A DNA stretch of 64,000 bases, from contig RBZT01000278.1 in NCBI GenBank assembly GCA_003693705.1, positions 62,001 to 126,000 of the forward strand, in the 5' to 3' direction. How positions within the stretch are numbered: position 1 is the first letter of the stretch; the number at the start of each line of letters is the position of its first letter. Below, in pieces: positions 28,124-39,995 of the stretch. The translations under genes were made by a program, and so were the position numbers. Below the pieces are notes generated by a model, which saw nothing but the letters and a program-made list of their open reading frames with translations, was not told the origin of the DNA and did no database searches. The DNA comes from Polymyxa betae A26-41 (lineage: Eukaryota; Protista; Endomyxa: Phytomyxea).

Positions 28124-29724
28124 TTACTTGCTTTCATCGTCTGGTAGATGAATACCCAGACTACTAAGAAGTGTTGAAGCTGGCCCAGCTTGGCCTAACT
28201 CTGCCTTATAGGCTTCCAATATGTTCTTGACGAGATTAATATCGGCATTGATAGGTTTCAAATCCATTTCTTGCTCCATTTGACGGTGGTACTCAGCCAA
28301 CTCATCATCACTTGTCAACTCTTCGTAAAAGTCGTCACCTTCCTCCTCATCGGAATTGAAAGCGTTGAGAAATTCGGAAGTATCAAAGGATATTGGAGTG
28401 ACCAGATTAGAAACGCCTTCCAAATCGGAGACATTAGACATAAACTTATGCATTCTTTGAACAATATCCTCAGCAGTACAATCTTTGCCGGAATACGATT
28501 GCATAATAGCTGTCAAATCATCCTCATTCATGTTCATCCACGTTGACGAATCGTCATCACGAACTTGTTCGAATGGAATCATTTCAATCAATCTGACATC
28601 AACACCATCAGCCAGCTCAATCATATTGGATCCGGTGTGAACATCCTTAACGACATGATCGAGATGTTTGCCTTTTGCGAGCAGCTTCTTCTGATTTTGA
28701 TACAATATTTCCAAACCTTATCGTCAATTTCAACCAAGACAAGTTTCTATGCAGAATGAGAAGACTTACCACACATAATTTTGACTCCTCTTGTAAAGCA
28801 TGTTTGTTGATCTTCCGAAGACGGACGACAAACTTCGAATGACTTGGGAGTAGAAAACTGTTGAGCCTCTAGTTGGGCATAAGAGCAATGTGTAAACCTG
28901 GGTGCATGCCAAATGTAATTTTCTGGGTCCGGTGTGTATCTTAGCATCCGAGAGCAGTGCCTTAGATCGATGGGGTCGCGAAAATAGAAACTTTCAGCAA
29001 TAGCTGTGATCAGCCAAGGATGGAGATCGAGCAATTTAACGGCATCTTTATGTAACAAGCATCGGCCATAATGCTGACATGAAGATACAGCTTTTTCGTA
29101 AAAATCTCGAAGCCTCTCGTTGATCGCAGCTGTTGCTTGTGGCGACACGGTCTGGTTCGGATTTGACCGAACGATTTCACATGCTTCATCGAATGATTTG
29201 AACTATAATGAAGTCAGAGGGATTAGACACAGCAGGCAGGGGATGGCCCAGACCTGAAACTCCATTGGAATAATATGAACACTTCCTCGGTATATGAACG
29301 CTCGAGATTCGCAGGTCTCTGGCTTCACCCAATTAGGCAAGACATTGGCAGCCTCAATCAGCAGAAATTGTCCATCGTCATCTGTTAACCTGGCTACCAG
29401 ATAATCGAAATCAAGAGATAACTGCCTGACGATATAAACAATCAACCATTCATCTTGAATATTATCGCCAAACGAAATCGATGCTTCTGCATTCCCATCG
29501 TCATTGACTACAGAAAAATGTCAAGTCTGCATGACAACCAAATGGAAGAGCTGACCTGAGATCCGAAACGGATCCCGTTGCCAAAGATATTCTGCAGGCT
29601 GGATTTCATCGATTCTGGACTGAATGATCGGTGTAGGCGGAGCCCTGCTGAATTGTACCGAGATCGTATTAACCTGCCGATACGGAATGGGCTTGCCATG
29701 AATGCCATCTGAGCCGCCAGACAT
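28124..29724 (-). CDS. ECD: Ecdysoneless (ECD, SGT1-domain) protein
   Basis: YLWQRDPF, FGDNIQDEWLIVY, DDDGQFLLIEAANVLPNWV, FYFRDPID, C-terminal NLVKNILEAYKAELGQAGPASTLL. Confidence 0.88.
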
Positions 29725-29807
29725 GGCCGATAATAAAAATGCACCTTCGATTTTGTAACAGCCCACGCAATTTCATGAACTAATTGCGCCAGTTGTTGAG
29801 CAGAACC

Positions 29808-29826
29808 CCCTAAACCCTAACCCTAA
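29808..29826 (+). promoter_or_regulatory. Telo-box-like interstitial telomeric motif CCCTAAACCCTAACCCTAA
   Basis: Read directly; lies in the divergent intergenic region between ECD and the BRO1 gene. Confidence 0.5.
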
Positions 29827-30373
29827 CAGCAGCAGATAACTGCCAGAGACGCTCTTACTAAGGTTGAAAGCTGTGGGAACCTTAACAGTATTGGTATGCA
29901 GGTGATACCGAGATCAGGCCACTCTCAACTATGATCACAAAAGTTAAATTAGCAGGGATTCTTGATCGATTTGGCGTCACATTGCATGTCTGCGATGACA
30001 TCGCGCCATTTCAAAGGAAAATAATTCCAGTTGATGCGATCGTTTCTGTCCATTATCAGAACTATTTGAACAATATTGCTAGATTGTCTCCAAACTGGCA
30101 AACTTGCGATTAAAAAGGTGATTAATGTCAATTTATTTTTCCACCGACAGTGTCCAAATTGTCGTCCATGGTTCTGCATCCTGAGCTTTATCGCAATATT
30201 GTTCAATTGAATAACCCGGACGCCCTCGCGCTTCGTCTCAATATTCAAAAATGACAGAATCCGAATAATGTAGTGGAAGTCCGATCTTTTTGTAAGTGGA
30301 TTGCAGTAAGAAATAGGAGCGCTTGGCCTAGTCAAGGGCCGCATAGTGGCGAGCTTTCCTGGACATTTCTGTT

Positions 30374-31911
30374 ATGCTGTTCGGCTTTCGTCTGCCGTTG
30401 ACGGCGCCCGTCGCTTATCATGAAGTCTTTATGGTAGAATCCAACCAATCGAAGGTCGCCATGCGCTCTGCTGCTGCGGCTCGCGATCAGCTCGGCAATC
30501 TCTTGAGCAATATGGCTACCGCCCCAATCGGATCGGATTATAAAACGTTGCTGGACCTGACCGATGCATATCTTCCCATGATAATAGCCATCGTTGAGCA
30601 AGTTCATAAAACTTCCAATCGAAAAATGAGTCAACGAATTGGTATGCTTGAGCTGGACGTTTCGGCAGTCGGGAGTTTAGTACTGTTTCCTCAGTTTTTA
30701 AATGGTCGAGCTGGCTATCTGAGTCGCGAGAGCTTTTGGAGATGATGCTGTTGGAAGACGAACTTTGTTGTACCTATACTGTTCGTATTGATGATGGTCG
30801 ATATATATTTAAAGTAATTCTATATCTTCAGTTATTCGCTCTTTTACAATATAAACAAGCACATGCTATTCTGAGCGCTAAACGCGAAGTTATTGGATCA
30901 GGTGCAGATATACAAAAGCAAGCTATTGCCCAGTAAGTCCAAGTGGATATTACTGTTTGGATAATTCAATTGTGCTCCGTCAAGTTTAAGAAAAGCTTCT
31001 TCAATTTTCGAATGGATCGCTAATACGTTGGTTCCTTTATCGTTAATGGCTAGTGAGATCCGACCGTTGGAATGCTCCGTCAAATCCTTACAGGCACTGT
31101 CCATGTATTTACTGAACGGATACATTTTGCAGTCGATCTTATTGTTCTGGTTTAGATTGTGTTTGTGCAATTGGCAAGAGACAATTATCGAATCAGGTAA
31201 GAAAGTAAGTCTCCAATCTATAAAATCATTGTGACTTTTAGCGATTGCCGGGAATAAGCTGCCTGGAGCCGTTGCCAGACTGTTTCTCGGGGTACATACA
31301 AACGTTGTAACCGTGCTGATTCTTGTTTAATGCCATGGTATTAATTAGGTTGTTGACCAGTATGGGGCAATGCAACAAGCTATGAATGCTCTGGCCTCAT
31401 CGTATCATTCGTTGGATTCGGCTTTTAAGGTTTTCCCTAGAATTCGCTCAGAGTACTGCTTAGCACAAGCTTACTACTATCTCGGGATAGAAGCCTTTGA
31501 CGAGAAGTATCTAGCATCCAGTCGAATGAATCTAAACTAAATATGATCAGTAATTATGGGAATGCTATTGCACTATTTCAAGAATCGAAAAGGATCGTCG
31601 ATGAGATTCGCTTCCCTGAAGTCAATCACCCTACCATTATGGCTGCTAAAAGCGAACGGCACCAGTTCTTGGCGACTCTAAACTCTCGGCTCAATAGTCT
31701 GATCAAAGATAATTCTACCATCTACTTTGCGGTATCACTATAGTCAAAATATGTACTTTTCATTTCATTATTTAACTGCTTCCAGGTGGTCCCTGTTGTA
31801 CAATCAATTGCAATGCCTTCGCCTGTTTTCATGCCTAAATGCGACAAATTCGAACCTACTGCTGCTGACTCCAAATCTTATTTCGTAATCTCTCATCCAT
31901 CAATCTCGTAA
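30374..31911 (+). CDS. BRO1-domain protein (BROX-like)
   Basis: N-terminal FRLPLT, ARDQL..LL..YLP helices, AIAQLRKASSIFEWI, AQAYYYLG, YGNAIA, KDNSTIYF; many short introns. Confidence 0.7.
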
Positions 31912-31989
31912 CACAACTAACTTCAGACCAGGATTTGTAATTACAAAGCCAAATTCGCATCTAGAATAAACTGTCATTAGCCATTGAAC

Positions 31990-32495
31990 TTGACGTATCA
32001 AGAAGACTTGAGAGCGTGCGGGCCGGCTGTGGAGGATCTCCGGCGTTCCTTGGCAGATTTCATTCGAAGACGCACCCTTCGGCGAATTCGATTCGATCGA
32101 TGCTCATCTGGAACGTTGGACTCATCTCGGAGTGAGAGAGCTGCGGCACGACAACGAAACAATATGGCTGCCTTGCCGCAGATTCTTCAAAGTCGTCCCC
32201 TCTCCTCGCCAACATCTTCAGTTGGCTCGTTCCGCATTCTCTCGACTCATCTTTGACTGGAGCCCCCGCGTCACCATATTGTGCAGCTGGCTCCTCTCGC
32301 AATCCTCCTACTCATCCCTAACTGGGCGCCAACATTTGTCTGCAGTTAAAACATCATAACCAGACAGCAGATATAGAGATCGACGCGACCCTCTGTCTGC
32401 CTATCCAAGTTTTTTGCTCTTTCAAAGTTCGTCTCCTATCAGGTTCCGTGAGGTGGCCCTAACCGAGCCGCACCTACCCGTTGAGCTTCGTTACA
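31990..32495 (-). mobile_element. Truncated LTR-retroelement relic: putative 159-bp LTR, PBS and structured leader
   Basis: Minus strand TGTAAC (32495) ... ACA (32337), a 5-nt gap, then TGGCGCCCAGTTAGGGAT (32331-32314), which has the geometry of an 18-nt tRNA primer-binding site. No second LTR or ORF is seen. Confidence 0.5.
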
Positions 32496-32551
32496 TCATA
32501 GGGGAACCCCTTTAAACCATCCCCTTTTAAGTTTTTCTCATTTGTTAAACG

Positions 32552-34242
32552 ATGATGGAGGCCCGCGGTCATGACCCATTTGCAGCCATTGCTCGGTCGC
32601 CCATGGTATCCAGACGACATAATCGAGCGCTAGCTTTACAGCCGTCGTTGCCGTCTGCGATTACCCCGGATCTGGATCGACGACGTTTGATTCGGAGATT
32701 TCTCGAACAGACTCAGCATGCCCGGCGAAGGTTAGATCAGGAAGAGGCTGGAGAAGAGATGGGGCAATGGTGGGACCTGCTGCAATCGATGCCGCTAGAA
32801 GCAATCCATGAGGCCGTGATTATTCATTCGGATTTGGGCCCTATCGTATCCGATTTACTAGTCAGGCAATTCGTGGAATTTGGTCCCAATGAAAACAACT
32901 GTACCAAGCTAGTGATATCTTACGCTTCTTTCATTCACGATCTGGATCTGATCTTTCGCTTAAGCTGTCGGCTGCATTTCCGCAAAATTCTTACACGCCT
33001 GCATGAAATTCGCGATCACCATCGTCCACCTTCGATTGAACACGCTGTTCTTGATTCACATCTGGATTTGGGCAGATCACGTGCCGTTTTGGCAACGATT
33101 TCAGCTTCTGGCAATGATCCGTTGCTCTTCACCCGGTACTGCTGGAGAATTTGGTCGGATAGCTGGCCCCAGCTGTGTCAGATTGCAGCCGTTCAGATGT
33201 ATCCAGTTGGTAGTTATCACCGTTGTTTCGATTGCCACCTAAACGGTTTATTTAGGCTATTCCACCATGGATTATTCGTGACTGTTTGGGGCTTCTGCCG
33301 GATTCTTCCGGAAAACAAACCTCTGATAGCATAATCATATTTCTTCATTACTTACATGAAATCCTGCACAGGCATCCTTCAAGCCATCAGGATGTCGATG
33401 TGACAGAGCCAGTTATTGAATTATCTCTCTGTGTATTAGATCAGCTTAGTAATAAGTCCATTACTGCAAACTGGGCTGGAGCCATTTGCGACGAAGTTAT
33501 TTGGCAACCTAATCTGTTTTACTTCAACCCACATGCGGTACTTGAACGATGCAGAAGATGTCAATCCTATCCTAGTGCGCTTTTAGCACTTTATGCATAT
33601 AACCGTGATATGGCATCGACTGAAGCAGCACTCGATCTCGCATTGTCATCAAACCGAATGGATCTGCTTATGAGATTAACCAAAGTGCGCTCGTTCTCTT
33701 CTAAAGAATGGCTGTCCTTATTGGACAAATGCCCTGTATTTGGAGATGATGAGGAATGCGTTTCATTATCTGGAGTAGTAAATCTGCTTTCAGACACAGT
33801 TGGTTCTGTGCCTTCCATTCGTTTGCTATTGCAATCAGCTCGTGCTCTTGAGTGTCTGCCGGCCTCGCACTGGTCCGAATTATTCAAATTGAGTTTAGGA
33901 TCTAACAATTTAAATCGAATCAATTGCGACACATTACTCCTTATGGCTGAACATGGTGGACCACCCAATCCTGATGACTGTACCAGCTGGAAAATTACAT
34001 TGAAGAATAGCGAATGTCGCCTGTGCTGGAAGGATTTGCGACCTGCTGATGAAAACGGAGTCGAGATCATCGTTTTTGGTTGCGGTCATGGATGCCATTC
34101 CGTTTGTCAGACTGCCTATCCAACATGCCCTACATGTCTGTATGAACGAATTCTCTGCAAACCCAAACTGATTATCTCGCCTTGTCAATGGTCTGCTGAA
34201 CAGAGCTTTCTTACTAGCTTACAGACGGCTACTAGCTTATGA
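32552..34242 (+). CDS. Helical protein with C-terminal RING-H2 finger (Vps8/Vps41-like C-terminus)
   Basis: CRLC...IIVFGCGHGCHSVC...CPTC; two overlapping long ORFs that can be joined by one short intron. Confidence 0.6.
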
Positions 34243-34289
34243 AACTGCTTATATTATTTATTGTTGTTAACATATCAATCAAAGAAGGC

Positions 34290-36122
34290 TCAAAACTGCA
34301 AATTGCGTGCATTTCTTCTGGCAAGGATTTGTTGAACATGGGACTGAGCTGCTGTCGCTTTATAGTCGACAACACGAATAGGAAGATCGCTATCATCCGT
34401 AAATCTTACAGCAGACAATGCTGACAGACGGTCCCGAGCAACATACTGTTTCGGGTCGATCTTCACTGCCTCTAAGTAATCTGATATCGCCATTGACACG
34501 TTCTACAACCAAATCGGAGTCAGAAGATTTGCCCACGCTCGCTGCTTGTAATTACCTGCATTTGTTCAAACGTTTCTGCTCGGCTAATAAAATACTGAGC
34601 AATCCGTTGCTTAGAGAGCCGGATCGCTTCAGTGAATTCTGATGCAGCTTCTGATAATGCCCTTCGATTGAAAGCATCGATGCCGAATTGAAAATGAAGT
34701 GTCGACAACTTGGTTTGTATGCGTTGGTGATCAGTACGATTTGCCGTTTGATTTACCAGCCTGACCGCCTCGTGGTAGTCCGCTGTGATTTGTCACTTCA
34801 GTTCTGTAGCAATCCAAGGAATGACTTCGACCTTGAGCGTGATTGTATCTTTGCAGTTTCATATTGCAATCTGCCCGATTGACATAGTATTGATACTGAT
34901 CAGGGTGTAGCATGATTGCATGATGTAAATGATTTATAGCTGCATCAATTCCCTGTTTATCGTATTGTTCAACTGCTAAATCATTGTGAACACGAGCCCT
35001 TTCGATGTCAATCTGCTTTGCACGGACACAGTTGGTTTCGTGTTTTCTTCCCTCTTCTAAGTCTGCAAGGGCAGAGACATGATTGCCTTGCAATTCTAGA
35101 AAGCTAGTTTATCATCAAGAACGAGGTTGTAGTGTCAATGACACTGACGATGAATAGTAGAACGAAGGCGATAATGATGAGTGTCGCGAGATAGTTGTAG
35201 AGCCTCACCTATCAGAACCATCGCTTCCGAATATTTCCCCATCAATACTTCGGCTGGAAATGCATTTACAAACCTTGTCGAATATGCTATCGGAGATTAC
35301 CTTTAGCATTTGTATGGAGATTGAGTGCTGCCTGATGACAATGCTCCATTACAGCACCATATCTCGGGTGACCTTTATCAACATCTCTGCAAACTACTTT
35401 GTAATCATTGATCGCATTTTTATACTGATCAATTCTGAGGTAAGTTTCAAATGGTTTGAGTGTCCATACACGTTCGAGTTTCAAATATAACTGAGTTCGC
35501 TGCAGGATCAGATCCTGAAACATGCTCTGACGAATCTCAGAGGGTAGCATTGATCCATCAATGATCTCAGTGATACATTCGACTGCCTCTTGATACTTCC
35601 CCGATTTCTTAAGGCATTGAATTCTAAATAGATCATCAGATCAATGTTGTTGCAGTGCGTTTTTAAACCTGTTCAGCCAGAAGTTGTGATTTTTTGGATT
35701 TAATCTGAGTGCTTCAGCATAATATTCGTTAGCTAAATTATAGTCCTGATCGTCATTCATAATATCGCCAAGGTTATTATATAGATCGGCCAATATCATT
35801 GCAATCGATTCATCATCAGGATGGAGTTGGGCTGCTCTTCTCAAACAGATCACAGCTGATTTCAGATCGCCAAGGCCTATGAAGGTCATCGCTTTACCTT
35901 TATGAAATTCGGCTTCTATAATCATACTCAACATGGTGCTATATGTTATTATTGTCTTCAGACTAACCATCAGGTTCATGATAGAGCGCCTTCGTGAACA
36001 AGATCACAGCTCTATGATAATCATTAGCAATCAATGATGTCTTGGCCTGAATCGCACTAAACAACACATTGTCAGGAACCCAGAACGACAGCTGCATGAT
36101 CCATTAATGCTGACAATTGCAT
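34290..36122 (-). CDS. Tetratricopeptide-repeat protein, TTC16-like
   Basis: Multiple TPR-like helices: KAMTFIGLGDLKSAVICLRRA, HNDLAVEQY...YYVNRADC, AISDYLEAVKIDP. Confidence 0.75.
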
Positions 36123-36280
36123 TCCCGATAGAGATCGCAACGATGTCCTCGACGATATGCAGGATTGAATCGCCGTACTCGAAAAGTTTCTACTTTTTCG
36201 TGAAGTTTCAAGATGATTCTGGTAACGAACTTGTAAATATTGACAGAAAGTGTATTGTGACAAATGTTTGGAAAGTTGAT

Positions 36281-37256
36281 TTAATGATAGCGATAGAGAT
36301 CTTCAACGAACTTAGCATATGTGATAACACCTTCATTACCATGATCATGTTCAGAGAATAGAGCACGACTTTCTTTCTCTGGCATTAAGATTCCGAATCG
36401 TTCTAATGCTCGTGACCATTCCTGAAAGGTAACTTTGCCTGTATCTTCCACATCAAAATGACGAAATACTCGTGTCAAGGTCAACGCCTCGGATTCCTGT
36501 CCTTTCGTCTTCTGTCGAATCTTCTCTTTGAGAACTTGCCCAACAGATGCTAAATAATGTGGATCAATTGGTGCAGCAGCCGCATCTGCATCTGTAATCG
36601 GTGCCACCATTCGGAACATATTATGAAGGATTTCAGCGAATTTGTGATCATCGAGAGGTATTGTAGCACCAATATATGTAAACATATCATGAAATTGTTG
36701 AGATGTGATCTGACCACCTTCACTAAATGATTGAATCGCATCAGTAATCTCAATCCGTATAGCTGATGCTGTCTTATCATTAGCTAACACCTTTGGGTGA
36801 TGTTCCGGATGAAATCGTTCCATCAAGTCAGTAACTGCAACACGACCATCATCATGTTTAGGCAGTGAATCAAACAGCATCTGTACGAGCTGTGATCTGA
36901 ACGGATTCAATTGCCCTGTTAATGCTCTAATGAAGGCCAATATCGAGATCGACCGGTTCCTGTTCACATCGAATTTCCGATTCAACATGGTCATTTGTGG
37001 CAATGGAAGAAATAGACCAACACGTGCTAAACATTGCTCAAATTCCTATCCAGATATAGTTAGCATTGAAGGATGGCAAAGGCGGGCGGGGGTCCAGTAC
37101 GGCGTAGTTCAAGAAGCCGGTCTGCGTCTCGTTATTGGCCTGCAGAACACGTTGTAGGGCGAGAATGGCATGATGTCCCTTCTTGCATAGTTCCAGACGT
37201 AGCTTCAGGAGGATCGCATCGAATTCGATCTCGGCAGGACTTGGACCAGCCACCAT
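36281..37256 (-). CDS. Calcyphosin-like EF-hand protein
   Basis: FRHFDVEDTGKVTFQEW, DHGNEGVITYAKF, calcyphosin-like RSQLVQMLF...HHPKV. Confidence 0.78.
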
Positions 37257-37434
37257 CCCTTCAACAACCTTTCACAATAATGGAGATCCAATCAGTGAAG
37301 ATATTCGTTCGGTACTGATCTCGATCCCAGCTGTGTCCTCCTATCCTGGACCGAACAAGGGGCAGGGGCCAGCATGACCAGGAGGGACCTGGCACGCCGC
37401 CATCTCCTCTTCCGAATGCGTGAACTGCCAGTCC

Positions 37435-37459
37435 AGGGTTTAGGGTTCCGGCCTGGGCC
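37435..37459 (-). promoter_or_regulatory. Telo-box-like AACCCTAAACCCT next to a site II-like GGCCCA motif
   Basis: Plus strand AGGGTTTAGGGTT at 37435-37447 and TGGGCC at 37454-37459, in the divergent calcyphosin/EttA promoter. Confidence 0.45.
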
Positions 37460-37507
37460 CAGCACCAGCAACCGTACTGGCCCGCGCTGTTCATTTCGCA
37501 GGCGTTG

Positions 37508-39906
37508 ATGATGACGACATTGGTTGCCTGCAGGACGAATGCGATCAGGGCAGCTGGATATTGGTATCGATCATGGCGATGGTCGTCGTCATCGTCGGCA
37601 ACGTCGCCCTCGATTATCTGTACTCTGAGCGGTGTCTGCAAACGTGTCTCCCAGGATCGTGTATTGTTTGCATCTGGTATTAATGTGGCATTCTTAAAAG
37701 GTGCCAAGATTGGTATGCTTGGACCTAATGGGATTGGCAAATCATCGCTACTCAAAATCATCGCTGGTACATTCTCTGATTCATTGAATGGCTTTTCTGA
37801 ACTTGTATATTATGCAGAGTTTTGTCATATTTTTCAGCGAATTCTTAACGTTTGCAGATGGGTTTCTATCGCTGTAACGATTTAGTTTGCAAAGTTCGAT
37901 TGTGAAATACCGAATTTGTATGTGATAGGTTTAGATTCGAATTATGAAGGGAAGATCCATCTTGCGAAAGATCTCACGATATCATATTTAGAACAAGAAC
38001 CAGATCTCGATCCCAATCTCAATGTTATTAATAATATTCGTCGTCATCTACAGAATCATTTCGATGCTCTTGCTGAGTTTGAACATGTCTCAGCTCAATT
38101 TGCTGAACCAGATGCTGATATTGATACATTACTCGTGAAGCAATCTGCCCTACAGAATCGTATTGAAGATCATGGTCTCTCAGCACACTTCTCCATCAGA
38201 TCTTTCTAAACCATTGTTACAGATTTATGGAATCTGGACCGACGTATTATGATGGCCATGGCAGCATTAAACTGTCCGCCAGCAGATTCTCCTGTAGATT
38301 GTCTTTCTGGTGGTGAGAAACGTCGCATAGCTCTCTGTGCGATGTTATTAAAAAGTGCCGATTTCCTGCTATTAGATGAACCTGTATGAAGACCAGAACT
38401 TAAATTGAATGATTACTGAGAAATCATGTTCAGACCAATCATTTAGATGCTGCTTCTGTCGCCTGGCTTGAAAAGGTTTCTCAACATTTCTCGAAGCTTT
38501 TTACCCTTTTTTTCATTTTTGTTGATGTTCGATCAGTTTCTAAGATATTTGTTGTTCAGTATCTATCGTCATACAAAGGCGCTGTATTAGCAATTACTCA
38601 TGATCGATATTTCCTTGATAATGTAGCCAGCTATATTATTGAAGCTGATGCATTAACACTTCATGCACATGCTGGAAATTATTCGCATTTCTTAGAGCGC
38701 CAGGCACAGCGTATTGCTCTCATGCAGAGAACCGCATCTGCTCGTGATAATCAGGTTCAACGATATCGTTAAGCGAGACCGTATCTCATCGTTTTCAGAT
38801 TGCGGCTGAATTGAGTTGGATTCGAAGTGGTGGACGGCAGCTGGCCAGCAAATCGCGAATGAAAGCTTTCCAAGAATTGGTTAATGATGCGAAATTGGAG
38901 GCGAAGGTTAAGAATGGGTTCGCTCGTGGCCGTCTCATTATTCCGTTTGGACGACGTCTTGGTGATAAAGTTCTCCAATGTATGAACATCAGTAAGACGT
39001 TCGCTGGACGTCAATTGATCAGCAATTTGTCGCTGTCTATCGAGCCAGGCAGTATTATCGGGGTTTAATATGCTCTCATGATGATAACGGCTTCGCTGAG
39101 CAAAGATTTTAGGTGATCGGTGCGAATGGTGCCGGTAAATCGACATTAATTCGGATCTTGATTGGAGAGTTAAAACCAGATTCTGGGACAGTATCATTGG
39201 GACCAACTGTTCAAGTTGGTTATGTTCTACAATCTAGGCAGGAACTGAATCCTGATAACACTGTCGCACAAGAAATTGTAAGCAAGTTTATGCATTACTG
39301 GCATCAAAGTTCAGGGATGATGTTTACCGATGTTCAGAGGCAGAGATGATTGTCTGATTTCGTTTGCTTATTTGAGGTTTTTGATAGGTCCCCGATTTCA
39401 TGCCAGTTCGTGTCGGGTCAATGTCGATGCCTGCGAGGCAATACGTGGCCCAGTTTAACTTCACAGGATCAGACCAGGAGAAGCGTGTGAACCAGTTGAG
39501 CGGTGGTGAACGAAATCGGGTACATCTGGCGAAACTGCTCAGGAATGGATGTAATCTTCTCATTCTGGGTATGTTGAGCAAGAGCTCCAATGTTAACATC
39601 TTGCTTAAGAGATGTTTTGATTAGATGAGCCTACCAATGATCTGGACGTGGGCACACTTCGAGCATTGGAGGTTGACAATACTCTTAACTGATGCTTACA
39701 TCGTATTGATCTACGTTTAGGAGGGTCTGAATGAGTTCCCAGGATGTGCCATTATTGTATCACATGATAGATGGTTCCTAGATAGAACTTGTACACATAT
39801 TCTTGCATTCGAACCCGATGGCAATATTCGAATGTTTCAAGGCAATTATACCGAATACCTTCAAGCTGCCAAGTCCAAATCTGCCTTGATTGAGCAGACT
39901 ATGTGA
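37508..39906 (+). CDS. ettA: Bacterial-type ABC-F ATPase EttA/ChvD with a probable organellar transit peptide
   Basis: [34 protein letters not shown], second Walker [63 protein letters not shown]; many spliceosomal introns. Confidence 0.92.
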
Positions 39907-39995
39907 CGATTATGTATTCTGAAAGAATGTAACTATCGAATTGTAATGTACATGAATGATATCAATATAAAGATGACAACAATGTGAAATGAACA

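Noticed and set aside
29808-29826. True telomere or chromosome end
   Set aside because: Only three mixed repeat units, internal and flanked by intact genes.
32314-32331. tRNA gene
   Set aside because: Only the 3' 18 nt are tRNA-like; there is no upstream TTCG T-loop, anticodon arm or 5' acceptor strand.
31990-32465. Telomerase RNA or RNase P/MRP
   Set aside because: The CCCTAAC match belongs to the PBS-like segment, the P4 pairing is poor, and there is no TATA upstream on the plus strand.
37767-37928. Microexons inside the 162-nt first EttA intron
   Set aside because: The candidate pieces (1 and 4 nt) do not preserve frame, and the direct join IIAG|LDSNYEG already fits EttA.
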